Origin: Candidatus Latescibacterota bacterium
GTDB lineage: Bacteria > Latescibacterota > UBA2968 > UBA8231
Assembly: GCA_963422735.1 (NCBI GenBank)
Contig: OY730476.1
Span: forward strand, 2,464,001 to 2,528,000
DNA: 64,000 nt
Direction: 5' to 3'
The translations under genes and the position numbers were made by a program. The notes under the pieces were generated by a model. That model did not search any database. It was not told the DNA's origin and saw nothing but the letters and a program-made list of their open reading frames with translations. Below, one piece after another: positions 9,525 through 19,746 of the stretch; within the stretch, counting starts at the first letter, position 1; each line of letters opens with the position of its first letter.

Positions 9525-10625
9525 ATGCAACCAACGCCAATCACCCCAAACGCGAAGCAAGTCCCGCTCCTAACCGCGAGCCAGATCGCCCAGTTCAAGC
9601 GCGACGGATTCTTAGTGCTCCCCGCCGTACTCGACCCCGAACTCTGCCACCGGGCCAGGGACGAAATGTGGGCTGCGATTGCAACCTACCTGCCTCGCAT
9701 AAAGCGGGACGAGCCCTCCTCTTGGGGGTCGATCACCGAGGAAGAAAGCACCGTGCTAAACGCGCAGCGGCCCGAGATCGGCGGCGACCCCTATTTCGCC
9801 GGCAACGGCCACCGCTTCTATGTTCGCAACGGCACCGAGCGATTCATGCTCGACTTGGCCCCTCGGGCCTTGTGGCAAGTCGCCGAGCAATTGCTTGGCG
9901 AGGGCACGGTGGTCTGGCCCGCTGGAGAGGATGACTCCGGCATCACAACGGGCCCGTGCTTCATGTGCGACGACGCGGTGGGAGGGCTGGCTACCCACCT
10001 GGGCAGAGAGATCGAGAGGTGGCCCGAGAAAGGATCCTTCACCACTGAGGAAGCACTGCGCCTGCCCAAGACCGGCCCGGTGTGGCTCAACGGACAAGGG
10101 ACGCGCGGCTTGTATTGCACTCTGCCCAATAGCCCTTCTCCTGGTCCCGAATACCGAGGTGCCCACTCCGACGGTGCCTGCTACGGCCGCTGGCGGCTAC
10201 AAATGTCTGCCTACATAGACGACCTGCCGCCCAACTCCGGCGGCTTTACGGTGTGGCCGGGCAGCCACGGCCGGATTTGGCGCGAGCAGTGGCAGGCCTT
10301 CCTCGCAGGCGAAAAACACACCGACAAACACTGGGCGGAACGCAAGGCCGGTGGCTACAACGATCCCGTCATTCAACGCATCAAGGTCGATACCCAGCCC
10401 GTCGATTGCTACGGCCCCGCCGGCACGGTGGTTTTGTGGCACACCAAAATTTTGCATATCGCCGGGCAAAATCTATCTACCGACGTCATCCGCCAAGCGA
10501 CCATCTACGGATTCCTCAAAACGCCGGCATCCCTCCCCGATCCGCTGGTAGTGGACAACACCAACGGCGACATTTGGCGGGATTGGTCTGACGAAGTGCG
10601 CGCCGTCGATGAGCACCAAGAATAG
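9525..10625 (+). CDS. phytanoyl-CoA dioxygenase (PhyH) family protein
   Basis: LTASQIAQFKRDGFLVLPAVL, HSD, PGSH, GTVVLWHTKILH; ATG 9525 after AAAGGAAA. Confidence 0.85.
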   Translation: MQPTPITPNAKQVPLLTASQIAQFKRDGFLVLPAVLDPELCHRARDEMWAAIATYLPRIKRDEPSSWGSITEEESTVLNAQRPEIGGDPYFAGNGHRFYVRNGTERFMLDLAPRALWQVAEQLLGEGTVVWPAGEDDSGITTGPCFMCDDAVGGLATHLGREIERWPEKGSFTTEEALRLPKTGPVWLNGQGTRGLYCTLPNSPSPGPEYRGAHSDGACYGRWRLQMSAYIDDLPPNSGGFTVWPGSHGRIWREQWQAFLAGEKHTDKHWAERKAGGYNDPVIQRIKVDTQPVDCYGPAGTVVLWHTKILHIAGQNLSTDVIRQATIYGFLKTPASLPDPLVVDNTNGDIWRDWSDEVRAVDEHQE

Positions 10626-11358
10626 CGACTCTTATTCCCAGAGACCGTCGGACTCTGGTTGTTCGACGAGCTACAGCGCCCCAATGCGACTGGACCCTTG
10701 AATGGTGCGCACTGGACGACCTAACCACCCCGTTTTCGACAATTCAAAGGCGTACGAGCCCTTCCGTCCGCACCGCTTCAACATCGCCTAGGGGAGAATA
10801 GACGCGGGGGTGAGTCCCTTGATGGGCTCGTGGGCTGGCTGGCTAACCGAGGAGCCTACGTGTTCGCTTCGCCTGACGCGATGCACTAGCGGCGCAGGCG
10901 GCAATGTCGAGACGTTCTGGGACGACCAATGCGGCCGCTAAGCGTTCATTATAAAACACGATCCAGCTACAATATATTGGGCGAGCGCGGTTTCGGGCGG
11001 CGCGGCGTTTTGTTCGAGCACGACGACCTCTTGCTCGACGTGGCGGGCGAGCCATTGCCGGGGTTCAGCTTAGCCGAATGTGAACCCTTGACCGGCGATT
11101 GCATCCGCTTTGTGATGCGCGGCGAGCGGCGCATCAGGGCGAGCGCGTGCGGTTGCAGTTTTCGTGGCAGCGCGGCAAGATATTCGCTTTCCAGTTCTCG
11201 CACGGCATACCCCAATAACCCGCAATCAGCCGTAGGCACCTTGCTGCCCATTTCAGTCATGCTGAGCGCAGCACTTTACCGCGCCTTGTCCTGCTAAAGG
11301 CAAGGTGAAGCTGGCGCGAACAACATCTCATACTTACAGAAGTCAGTTACAGGTTCTA

Positions 11359-11387
11359 TTGCACCCCCTATCCGCCCGCCGTACCTT
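11359..11387 (+). promoter_or_regulatory. sigma70-type promoter for a probably leaderless mRNA
   Basis: TTGCAC-17nt-TACCTT, ATG 8 nt downstream, no Shine-Dalgarno. Confidence 0.5.
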
Positions 11388-11395
11388 GCCTCCCC

Positions 11396-12607
11396 ATGAG
11401 TTTACGTATCGGTATCGTCGGCACGGGCGCTTTTGCCCAGAGCTTTATTCCCCTCTTCAAAGCACATCCCCTCGTCGGCCAAGTCGTCCTCTGTGATTTG
11501 GATGGCGAGAAGTTGCAGCGCAATGCCGCCAAACACGGGATAACCGATCTAAGCCCCTCGCTCGACGCGCTCTGCGAATCGTCCATAGACGCCGTTTGCC
11601 TCTTCACCCAAAACTGGCTCCACGGCCCCCAAGCCGTCCAAGCCCTAGAGGCTGACAAACACGTGTACTCAGCCGTGCCCCCCGGCATGAGCTGCGCGGA
11701 AATAGAAAACCTGATCGCGGCCGTTGTGCGCAGCAGCAAAGTGTACATGCTCGGCGAGACCAGCTATTACTATCCCGGCGTACTCTATTGCCGCCAGCAG
11801 TACGCCCGCGGCGCTTTTGGCCAGATTGTCTATGGCCAAGCCGAGTACTACCACGACTGGGATCACGGCCTCTACGACGTGGCTCGCTGGCGTGGCGGAG
11901 AAAATTGGCGAGAGACCGCCGGTATCCCGCCGATGTATTACCCGACCCATTCGACGAGTCAGATCATCTCCGTTACGGGTGCCCACATGACGCATGTGTC
12001 TTGCCAGGGCTTCCGCGACGAGCACGCCGACGGCATCTACCCGCATAACGGCTGGCAAAACCCCTTCAGCAACCAGAGCGCCCTGTACAAGATGTCCGAT
12101 GGCAGCATCTGCCGCATCAACGAGTTCCGCCGCATCGGCCACCCCGGCTGCGTGCAGATGATTCTCCAAGGTAGCGAAGGCTGCTTCGAGCAATCCGCCA
12201 GTGGTGCCCGTTGGCTAACCAAAGACCACACCCAACAAGAAAACCTAGACCTGCTCCTAGCTTGCACCGGCCAGCCGCGCCGCTTCACCACGCCTTTAGG
12301 CGTGACATCCAACGATCCAATGGATAAAGTCACCGCGACCGACGGCACCCACCTCGGCGCATCGGCCGTTCACCCGGTCGAGTGCCTGCCGCACGAGTTC
12401 GCTGGCCTGCCCAATGGCCACGCGGGCGCGCATCAGTTCCTCGTCCACGACTTCGTCACAGCCTGCGCCAGCGGCCAGCTTCCGCCTAACAACGCCTGGG
12501 ACGCGGCGCGCTACATGCTTCCCGGCCTCGTCGCCCACGAGTCCGCACTCCAAGGAGGTACCCTCCTCCCCATACCCGACCTCGGCGATCCGCCACAGTA
12601 TCGTTGA
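11396..12607 (+). CDS. Gfo/Idh/MocA family oxidoreductase
   Basis: RIGIVGTGAFA Rossmann motif, HGPQAVQALEADKHVYSAVP, YYPTHS. Confidence 0.9.
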   Translation: MSLRIGIVGTGAFAQSFIPLFKAHPLVGQVVLCDLDGEKLQRNAAKHGITDLSPSLDALCESSIDAVCLFTQNWLHGPQAVQALEADKHVYSAVPPGMSCAEIENLIAAVVRSSKVYMLGETSYYYPGVLYCRQQYARGAFGQIVYGQAEYYHDWDHGLYDVARWRGGENWRETAGIPPMYYPTHSTSQIISVTGAHMTHVSCQGFRDEHADGIYPHNGWQNPFSNQSALYKMSDGSICRINEFRRIGHPGCVQMILQGSEGCFEQSASGARWLTKDHTQQENLDLLLACTGQPRRFTTPLGVTSNDPMDKVTATDGTHLGASAVHPVECLPHEFAGLPNGHAGAHQFLVHDFVTACASGQLPPNNAWDAARYMLPGLVAHESALQGGTLLPIPDLGDPPQYR

Positions 12608-12698
12608 CAGTGGCATGACTGCGGAGAGTTGGTGTAGCCTTTGCAAATAACGATGAGCGGCGCATGGCACAGCTCACCCACCGCTTAAAAACGGTCTA

Positions 12699-12727
12699 TT
12701 GAGACGTCTATCCGGCCGCTGTATATT
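12699..12727 (+). promoter_or_regulatory. sigma70-type promoter, diverged duplicate of 11359-11387
   Basis: TTGAGA-17nt-TATATT, ATG 7 nt downstream. Confidence 0.6.
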
Positions 12728-12734
12728 GCCCACC

Positions 12735-12803
12735 ATGAATTTACGTATCAGCACCTTCCCTCAGAGCTCTATTCCCCGCTTCAAAGCGCATCTCTTCGCA
12801 TGA
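12735..12803 (+). other. 22-codon uORF MNLRISTFPQSSIPRFKAHLFA derived from the 5' end of the 11396 gene
   Basis: Degenerate direct repeat of 11396-11476; its TGA overlaps the ATG at 12800 (ATGA). Confidence 0.6.
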
Positions 12804-14254
12804 ACAAAGTAGAAATCCCGCCGCCCGAAGGCGTGTTCGCCCAGCCTTGGTCGCTGAGGAAAATTTTAGGTATGCTCGCCGTCTTCGGCCCAGCGGCCAT
12901 CGTCGCCTCGGTCGCTATCGGTGCCGGCGAGACCATCGTAGTGGTGCGGGCCGGTGCTTGGGCCGGCTATGGCTTGTTGTGGATGGTCTTGCTCAGCTGC
13001 TTGGTCAAGGGCGTCTTCTTCACCTATCTGATCGGCCGCTACACAGCCGTCAGCGGCGAGTTGATCGGTCACCGCCTCGTGCGCCTGCCCGGGCCGCGCG
13101 GATGGCTGCTATTGACCATCCTGCTCTTTGAGATGATCGGCGCGCCTCTAGCTTGGGTGCCCATCTCCAAGCCCTGCGGCGACCTTTTTCACTTCTTGCT
13201 GCGCGACCTGCTGCCCGCCAGCGAGGAAGAAGTCTTCTGGGAAAACGCCATAACCTCGGCCTTTATTGCCTTGGCGCTGTCCTTTGGCATCCGCCTGTCT
13301 TTTGAACGCCTCGAAAAACAACAGCTCATCATCTGCGCGATCCTAGTCATGGGGACCCTCGCCGGGACCCTCATCGTGCGTCCAGACTTTATAGCGGCAC
13401 TTGTGGGGACCTTCCGCTTTGGCGACCTACCGCCCTTCCCAGACTGGGCACCCGCCGACACAGTCGCGCATCCGCTGCTGACGTTGGGCACCACCTTTGG
13501 CTACGTCGGCGGCTCGGTCATTGGCTACATCGCCTACGCCAACTGGGTCGGCCTGCACAAGTGGGGGCTGACTGGCCACCAAGACATCGAGGCTATCCGA
13601 GATCGCGCCGCCCGCAGCGATGCCATCGACTACCTACCCGACGACCCCAAGCAAATCCGCCATCTGCGGCAACGGGTATCGCCGCTGCGCTGGGACGTGG
13701 CACTGGGAGCGCTGGTCCTCTTCATCGTCACCGGGGCCTTTATGATTTCCGGGGCAGCCGTGCTCTTCCCACTCGAAACCCGCTTCGAGGGCTGGAACCT
13801 GCTGACGCACCAAGCCCACGTCTGGCGTCAGATTCACCCGACCTTGGTGTGGATTTACTACGTCTGCATCCTCGCCGCGCTGTGGGGCACCCTGCAAGCC
13901 CTGCCCGAAATCTACGCCCGCGTGGCCCAAGAGTTTCTCGCCGCCCGCTGGCCCGACCGCACTTGGGAATACCAGGCGATCAAGCGCGTCATCTGCCTCT
14001 ACATCTTCGCCACCACTATGCTCATCGTCTGGAACAACGTCCCTTTCGATATCCTGACCCAGATTGCCGGCTTCCTCATCGCCAATCTGGCCATTGCCAT
14101 AATGATGGGGGCAGCCATCTATCTCAACTTCAAGCTGCCCGCCTCCTACCGCACTCGCGCATGGGTCCTCGGCGGCGCAGTGCTCTCGACCGTGGTACTG
14201 ATTACCTCGGCCGTCGTCAGCGGTTGGGGGCTGTTGCAAAAGCTGGGGGGCTGA
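12800..14254 (+). CDS. Nramp-like (APC superfamily) membrane transporter
   Basis: FGPAAIVASVAIGAGE...GAWAGYGLLW...GRYTAVSGE; about 11 TM segments. Confidence 0.8.
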   Translation: MNKVEIPPPEGVFAQPWSLRKILGMLAVFGPAAIVASVAIGAGETIVVVRAGAWAGYGLLWMVLLSCLVKGVFFTYLIGRYTAVSGELIGHRLVRLPGPRGWLLLTILLFEMIGAPLAWVPISKPCGDLFHFLLRDLLPASEEEVFWENAITSAFIALALSFGIRLSFERLEKQQLIICAILVMGTLAGTLIVRPDFIAALVGTFRFGDLPPFPDWAPADTVAHPLLTLGTTFGYVGGSVIGYIAYANWVGLHKWGLTGHQDIEAIRDRAARSDAIDYLPDDPKQIRHLRQRVSPLRWDVALGALVLFIVTGAFMISGAAVLFPLETRFEGWNLLTHQAHVWRQIHPTLVWIYYVCILAALWGTLQALPEIYARVAQEFLAARWPDRTWEYQAIKRVICLYIFATTMLIVWNNVPFDILTQIAGFLIANLAIAIMMGAAIYLNFKLPASYRTRAWVLGGAVLSTVVLITSAVVSGWGLLQKLGG

Positions 14255-14692
14255 CGGGCGGCTACGATACCCTTCATCTGCACTATCCCTACAGGCGGCG
14301 TATATGCGCTCGCGCTTGGAGCGCATCGCGGAGGCTCTGCATCCAAGGGCACCTCGTGAACGGCACCGATTCTTTTATATGTCGGATCAATCCCTGAGCC
14401 GATAACAGCGACCTTCACGGGGTAATCCGTTGTCGGTCGATTGGTCAAAAGCATGTTCTGCCCTCTGGCAAGGCAGCAAGACGGGGCAACGCTAGCGTAA
14501 AGACGGGTCGCTCCCCCGATTCGCCGGCCGATCTCTTATAGCGAAGACTAGTTTTATAGGGAAGCTGGATTCAGGTTCCAGACCTCCAGCGAGGATGTCA
14601 GTTGCGAGGTAAATGAGGGGGTTTGTGCATCCATGAACGGTCATACTTAAACGGCAATTAGAATCCGAAAATTTGGCAAGGGAATTTGGCAA

Positions 14693-15110
14693 ATGGAAGC
14701 TATTCGCTTGGGTTTAGTCGGGTCGGGCGGCATGGCCCAAAGCCAGGCTGCCGCGTTTGCGGCCATGGAAGGCTGTAAGCTAACGGCCCTAGCCGCTCGC
14801 AACGAGCGCACCGGGGCCGAGTTGGCCCAGCGGCACGAGGCAGAGTTGCTGGGCCATTGGCAGGCCCTGATCGAGCGAGCCGATATAGACGCCGTGGCGA
14901 TCTGCACCAACAATGACAGCCACGCCCCCATTGCCGCAGCCGCCCTGAAAGCGGGCAAACACGCATTCTTGGAATACCCCTTGGCGCGCGCCTCGACGAA
15001 GGAGAAGCCTTGGCAGACTTAGCGCGGGCGACCGGCAAGGTGCTGCGCGTAGCCCATCCCGAAGTGGTATCGGCTGAGCATCGGCAGCTCAAAGAGGCGG
15101 CGGCCTCCCT
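14693..15110 (+). pseudogene. Gfo/Idh/MocA oxidoreductase N-terminal fragment, frameshifted and truncated
   Basis: RLGLVGSGGMA...GKHAFLEYPLA, frameshift near 14995, then LADLARATGKVLRVAH. Confidence 0.8.
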
Positions 15111-15972
15111 CGGGCGAGGAGTTGCTGTCGTACCGCACGGCCATCCTCGGCGTCGCACTGGGCCTCGCGGTCATGTCGCTGTGGCTGTGGCGCTCTGGCC
15201 TGCCACCGTGGGCAGTCTTCGTCTATCTATTCGGGGCGTTTGTCATCTTTTTGGCCCTGACGCGGATGATCGTCGAAGCCGGTTTAGCCGCGGCCGTACA
15301 GGGCATGTCGGGCTGCGGCTTTCTCATTTCCAGCGTTGGCTCCTCGTCTCTTGGAGTAGCCGGGGTGCTGGCCACGGGTATGACCCTCGCTTGGGCCGGC
15401 GATCTGCTGGTCTTTATGATGGCCCCCTGCGCCAACGGCATTCGCATGTTGCACGGCCTAAGCCGCTACAAGCGCCGCATCCTCGCGATGATCGGGCTGG
15501 CCATGGCCATTGGCCTCGTGGGTGGGGTTGGCACGATCCTCGTGCTGAGCTACCACTACGGCGCGAACAACTACCACGGCTCGTGGGCTTGGTTTGCCAA
15601 GGAGCCGTTTCGCGTCGCCCGCAACTTCGCGTCAATCCGACCGGCCCCAATTGGGATGGCTGGCTGTGGAACGGAGTCGGCGCGGCGATTATGGCGCTGT
15701 TGATCTGGGCGCGGCACCACCTTTTGTGGTGGCCCTTCCATCCGCTGGGCTATCTGGCCAGCGGCACTTGGATCCTCAACAGCGTCTGGTTCAGCATCTT
15801 CCTCGCGTGGCTGGTCAAGGCACTCGTGTTGAAGTACACCGGGCCGAATGGATACAAGGCGACGCGGTGGTTTTTCCTCGGCATGGTGCTGGGGCAGTTC
15901 GTCGCCGGGGGATTCTGGATGGTCGTTGATGGGTTTACGGGCATGACCGGGAATAGGATTCGGATGTTTTGA
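15110..15972 (+). pseudogene. C-terminal half of a DUF6785-like transporter paralog, frameshifted
   Basis: GEELLSYRTAILG, TRMIVEAG, WWPFHPLGY, FFLGMVLGQF match 832-2808; frameshift near 15635. Confidence 0.8.
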
Positions 15973-18900
15973 AAAGAAAGGATGTAATGCGGAAGATGGG
16001 TACGAGAAGCTTTGACCGGGCCATCGGCGAGACAATGCACCCAAGTCGGAAACACTGTTGTGCTAATACTGGTTTAGCAAGTCGCCGAACAAGTGCTTAT
16101 AGCATAGCGCGTTCCACCCTTTGGCCTGTTGCGCTGTTGCTCGTCGCTCTTAGCGGGTCTCCCAAGGCCCTCGCGGAATCCTTTGACGACCAGCATGTAA
16201 CCGTCTTGGTCTTCACCAAAACCGCCGGTTTCCGCCACGATTCCATTGCCGACGGCATCGCCGCTATCCAGACCTTGGGGCGGGAAAACGGTTTTTCCGT
16301 CGAGGCGACTGAGGACGCGGGGCGTTTCACCGATGAGGGCTTGGCACCGTACCGGGCGGTAATCTTCCTCAACACTACCGGCGATGTACTGGCCATTGAC
16401 CAAGAACGATCTTTTGAACGCTACATTCGCGGCGGCGGCGGCTTTGTGGGCATCCACTCCGCAGCCGATACCGAGTACGACTGGGCTTGGTATGGCGACT
16501 TAGTGGGGGCCTATTTCGACAGCCATCCGGCCATTCAACAGGCTCAGATTCAAGTGGCCGACCGAGTTCATCCGGCCACGGACCATTTGTCTGCCCGCTG
16601 GCAGCGGCGCGACGAGTGGTACAATTACCGCCGCAATCCCCGCGGGCGGGTCCACATCTTAGCCACCTTGGACGAAGGCAGCTACGACGGCGGTCGCCAC
16701 GGCTTTGACCACCCCATCGCTTGGTGCCACGACTACGACGGCGGCCGCTCTTGGTACACCGGCGGCGGTCACACCCGAGAAAGCTACGGCGAGTCCCTGT
16801 TTATGCAGCATATCCTCGGCGGCATCGAGTACGCCTCAGGAGCGACCGCGGCCGACTGCGGAGCCACGCTGGATGCCAACTTTGAGAAAGTCGTCCTCGA
16901 CGGCGAGGCCGAAAATCCCATCGACTTGGCCGTGGCTGACGACGGGCGCGTGTTCTTCATTGAGCGCAAGGGAGAGCTGAATGTATATCGGCCCGACCTA
17001 GGATTGACCCGGCTGGTCGGACAGCTAGCGGTATCGACCGACTTTGAGGACGGCCTGCTGGGCATTGCTCTAGATCCAAATTTTGTCCGCAATAATTGGC
17101 TCTACCTGTTTTACTCGCCGCATGGCGAAGTAGCCAAGCAGCATGTATCCCGTTTTGAGTTAGATGGCGATGAACTGGTCCCGGATTCCGAAGTTGTGTT
17201 GCTGGGAATTCCCACCCAGCGGCGCGAGTGCTGTCACTCGGGTGGGGCACTGGCATTTGGCCCGGACGGTAGCCTTTATATCGGCGTCGGCGATAATACC
17301 AACCCCTTTGCTTCGGACGGGTTCAGCCCGCAGGACGAGCGTCCAGACCGGCGCGATTGGGATGCCCAGCGCACATCGGCCAACAGTGCCGATCTGCGCG
17401 GCAAGATCCTGCGCATCAAACCCCAGTCCGACGGCAGCTACAGCATTCCCCCAAGCAATTTGTTCGCCGAGGCCGAAGAAGGCCGCCCCGAGATTTACGT
17501 TATGGGCGTACGCAACCCCTTCCGGCTGTCGGTTGACCGCGAGAGCGGCTGGCTCTACTGGGGCGATGTCGGCCCCGACGCCCGCCAAGCCGACCCGCAG
17601 CGGGGGCCAGTCGGCTTAGACGAGTGGAATCAGGCGCGGGCGGCGGGTAATTTCGGCTGGCCCTACTGCATTGGCGACAACCAGCCCTATGTGGCCTACG
17701 ACTTTGCCACCGGACGTTCCGGTATGCCCTTTGATTGCGGGGCACCGAGGAACCTGTCGCCTAACAACACGGGCCTGCAAGCACTGCCTTCGGCGCAGGC
17801 AGCGTGGGTCTGGTATCCCTATGGCACCTCGTCCTCGTTCCCCGCAATCACCGCCGCTGGCGGCCGCACGGCACTGGCCGGCCCGGTGTATTACTACGAT
17901 GCCGCGGCGGGCAGCAAGAGTGTGCCGGCGTACTACGACGGCACACTCTTTATGTACGAGTGGGCCAGCAATTGGATTAAAGAGGTCAAGCTGGACGAGG
18001 ACGGGAACATCCTCAAGATCAATCCCTTTTTGGACAGTATGGAATTCATCCGTCCCATCTCCATGCAGTTCGGCCCGGATGGCTCGCTGTACGTGTTGGA
18101 ATGGGGCAGCGGCTTCTGGGGCGACAACGACGACGCCCGCCTGGTGCGGATTGACTATGTGCGGGGTTCGCAGGCACCGGTGCCCCACATTGAAGCCGCA
18201 CCCACCAACGGTGCCGCGCCGCTAGCAGTGCATTTCTCGGCCCGCAGTTCCTTTGATCCCGATCCGGGGTCCGTGCTAGACTTTGCTTGGGATTTTACCG
18301 GCGACGGCGAGATTGACGCGACGGAAGCCGAAGTAGTCTTCACCTACGAGGTAAGCGGCGACTATACTGCCCGGCTAACGGTCTCCGACGCCGAGGGCAA
18401 CCAAGGCGTGGCGCAAGTGCCTATCTCGGTCGGCAATACCGTCCCCGAGGTGGAGATCGTGCGGCCCCCGGATGGCGGTTTCTTTAGCTGGGGAGAAGTC
18501 GTCGATTTTGAAATTCAAGTCTTTGACCAAGAGGACGGGACTGCCAATTGTGCTCGGGTGGTATTACAAGCGTTTATCGGCCACGATGAACACAGCCATC
18601 CCCTTGAGGAGCACGGCGCTTGCAGCGGTAATTTCCAGACCGAGGCCGGGCACGGCAGCGATGGCGACGATTTGTTTTATACCATCGAGGCGCGCTATAC
18701 AGATCGAGGCACGAAGTTGGTCGCTCCGTTGACCGCTAGGGCGGGCCATATCCTGCAACCCAAGCGCAAGCAGGCCGAGCACTATACGCGCCAGAGCGGA
18801 ATACGATTAGAAACGACCGGAGACGAGGCCGGTGGCGGGCAGAATATCGGCTTTATCGCCCACGGCGACTGGATTTCCTTTGCGCCAATGAATCTGGAAG

Positions 18901-19478
18901 GCATCGAGTCGCTCAACTATCGGGTGGCCTCGACCGGGCTAGGGGGGCGCATCGAAGTGCGCGTTGATTCGCTGGCGGGGCCTTTGATCAGCACGGTGCG
19001 CGTGGGCAGTACAGGTGCTTGGCAGGTCTATACCGACTTGGCGGCACCTATTGCGGACCCGGGCGGCACCCACGAGTTGTTTTTCATCTTCCAGCGCAAT
19101 CCGGGTGACGACGGCTTGTTCAATATCAATTGGATTGATTTCCAAGGTCCGGGGATCTCCCGTCCCCCGGCCACCGCAGTGGCGGCCGAGTCGCGTCAAG
19201 AAGGGGCGTTGCCCGGCCCGGCCGTTCTGTATCCTCCCTATCCCAATCCCTTTAACCCGACGGTCCAGATCCACTTTGTGCTCCCTAGGCGCATGGCGGT
19301 GCGGTTGGAGGTTTTCGATCTCTTAGGGCAGCGGGTGGATGTCGTAGTCAACGAGATGCTGGACGCCGGAGGCCACGCAGTGCGGTTTGACGGAGCCGAT
19401 CTGGCGAGCGGGGTCTATATCGCGTGCTTGGCGACGCCGGGTGGGGAGTTGGTGCGACGGATGGTGTTGTTGCGCTAA
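15969..19478 (+). CDS. secreted ThuA + PQQ-type sugar (sorbosone) dehydrogenase + PKD + CBM6 + T9SS-type-A-like CTD protein
   Basis: VLVFTKTAGFRHDSI, CCHSGG..FGPDG, MGVRNPFR, FAWDFTGDG (PKD), TGAWQVY (CBM6), YPNPFNP tail; true start uncertain. Confidence 0.85.
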   Translation: MKRKDVMRKMGTRSFDRAIGETMHPSRKHCCANTGLASRRTSAYSIARSTLWPVALLLVALSGSPKALAESFDDQHVTVLVFTKTAGFRHDSIADGIAAIQTLGRENGFSVEATEDAGRFTDEGLAPYRAVIFLNTTGDVLAIDQERSFERYIRGGGGFVGIHSAADTEYDWAWYGDLVGAYFDSHPAIQQAQIQVADRVHPATDHLSARWQRRDEWYNYRRNPRGRVHILATLDEGSYDGGRHGFDHPIAWCHDYDGGRSWYTGGGHTRESYGESLFMQHILGGIEYASGATAADCGATLDANFEKVVLDGEAENPIDLAVADDGRVFFIERKGELNVYRPDLGLTRLVGQLAVSTDFEDGLLGIALDPNFVRNNWLYLFYSPHGEVAKQHVSRFELDGDELVPDSEVVLLGIPTQRRECCHSGGALAFGPDGSLYIGVGDNTNPFASDGFSPQDERPDRRDWDAQRTSANSADLRGKILRIKPQSDGSYSIPPSNLFAEAEEGRPEIYVMGVRNPFRLSVDRESGWLYWGDVGPDARQADPQRGPVGLDEWNQARAAGNFGWPYCIGDNQPYVAYDFATGRSGMPFDCGAPRNLSPNNTGLQALPSAQAAWVWYPYGTSSSFPAITAAGGRTALAGPVYYYDAAAGSKSVPAYYDGTLFMYEWASNWIKEVKLDEDGNILKINPFLDSMEFIRPISMQFGPDGSLYVLEWGSGFWGDNDDARLVRIDYVRGSQAPVPHIEAAPTNGAAPLAVHFSARSSFDPDPGSVLDFAWDFTGDGEIDATEAEVVFTYEVSGDYTARLTVSDAEGNQGVAQVPISVGNTVPEVEIVRPPDGGFFSWGEVVDFEIQVFDQEDGTANCARVVLQAFIGHDEHSHPLEEHGACSGNFQTEAGHGSDGDDLFYTIEARYTDRGTKLVAPLTARAGHILQPKRKQAEHYTRQSGIRLETTGDEAGGGQNIGFIAHGDWISFAPMNLEGIESLNYRVASTGLGGRIEVRVDSLAGPLISTVRVGSTGAWQVYTDLAAPIADPGGTHELFFIFQRNPGDDGLFNINWIDFQGPGISRPPATAVAAESRQEGALPGPAVLYPPYPNPFNPTVQIHFVLPRRMAVRLEVFDLLGQRVDVVVNEMLDAGGHAVRFDGADLASGVYIACLATPGGELVRRMVLLR

Positions 19479-19494
19479 AAAGTAAGGAGGAAGA

Positions 19495-19715
19495 ATGCCT
19501 TCCATTTCAAAGAGTAAATTAAAAGCCAATATACTTCGCATCTTTCGCGAGATTGAAGAAACCGGCGAAGAATGGATCGTCACAAATCACAATCGCCCCG
19601 CTTTACGCATTCAGCCGATTGGGCAAAAATGTTCGGAGCGATTCAGGACAAAGCCATCTATCGCGCAGACATCAATACGCCGACAACCGACGAATGGGAA
19701 GCACTGTCGCGATCG
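19495..19715 (+). pseudogene. Phd/YefM antitoxin, frameshifted
   Basis: ISKSKLKAN...EETGEEWIVTNHNRP; C-terminus DINTPTTDEW lies in another frame; RBS AAGGAGG. Confidence 0.7.
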
Positions 19716-19746
19716 TCCTCGACTTCAGCCCTCGCATTAGGGGTTT

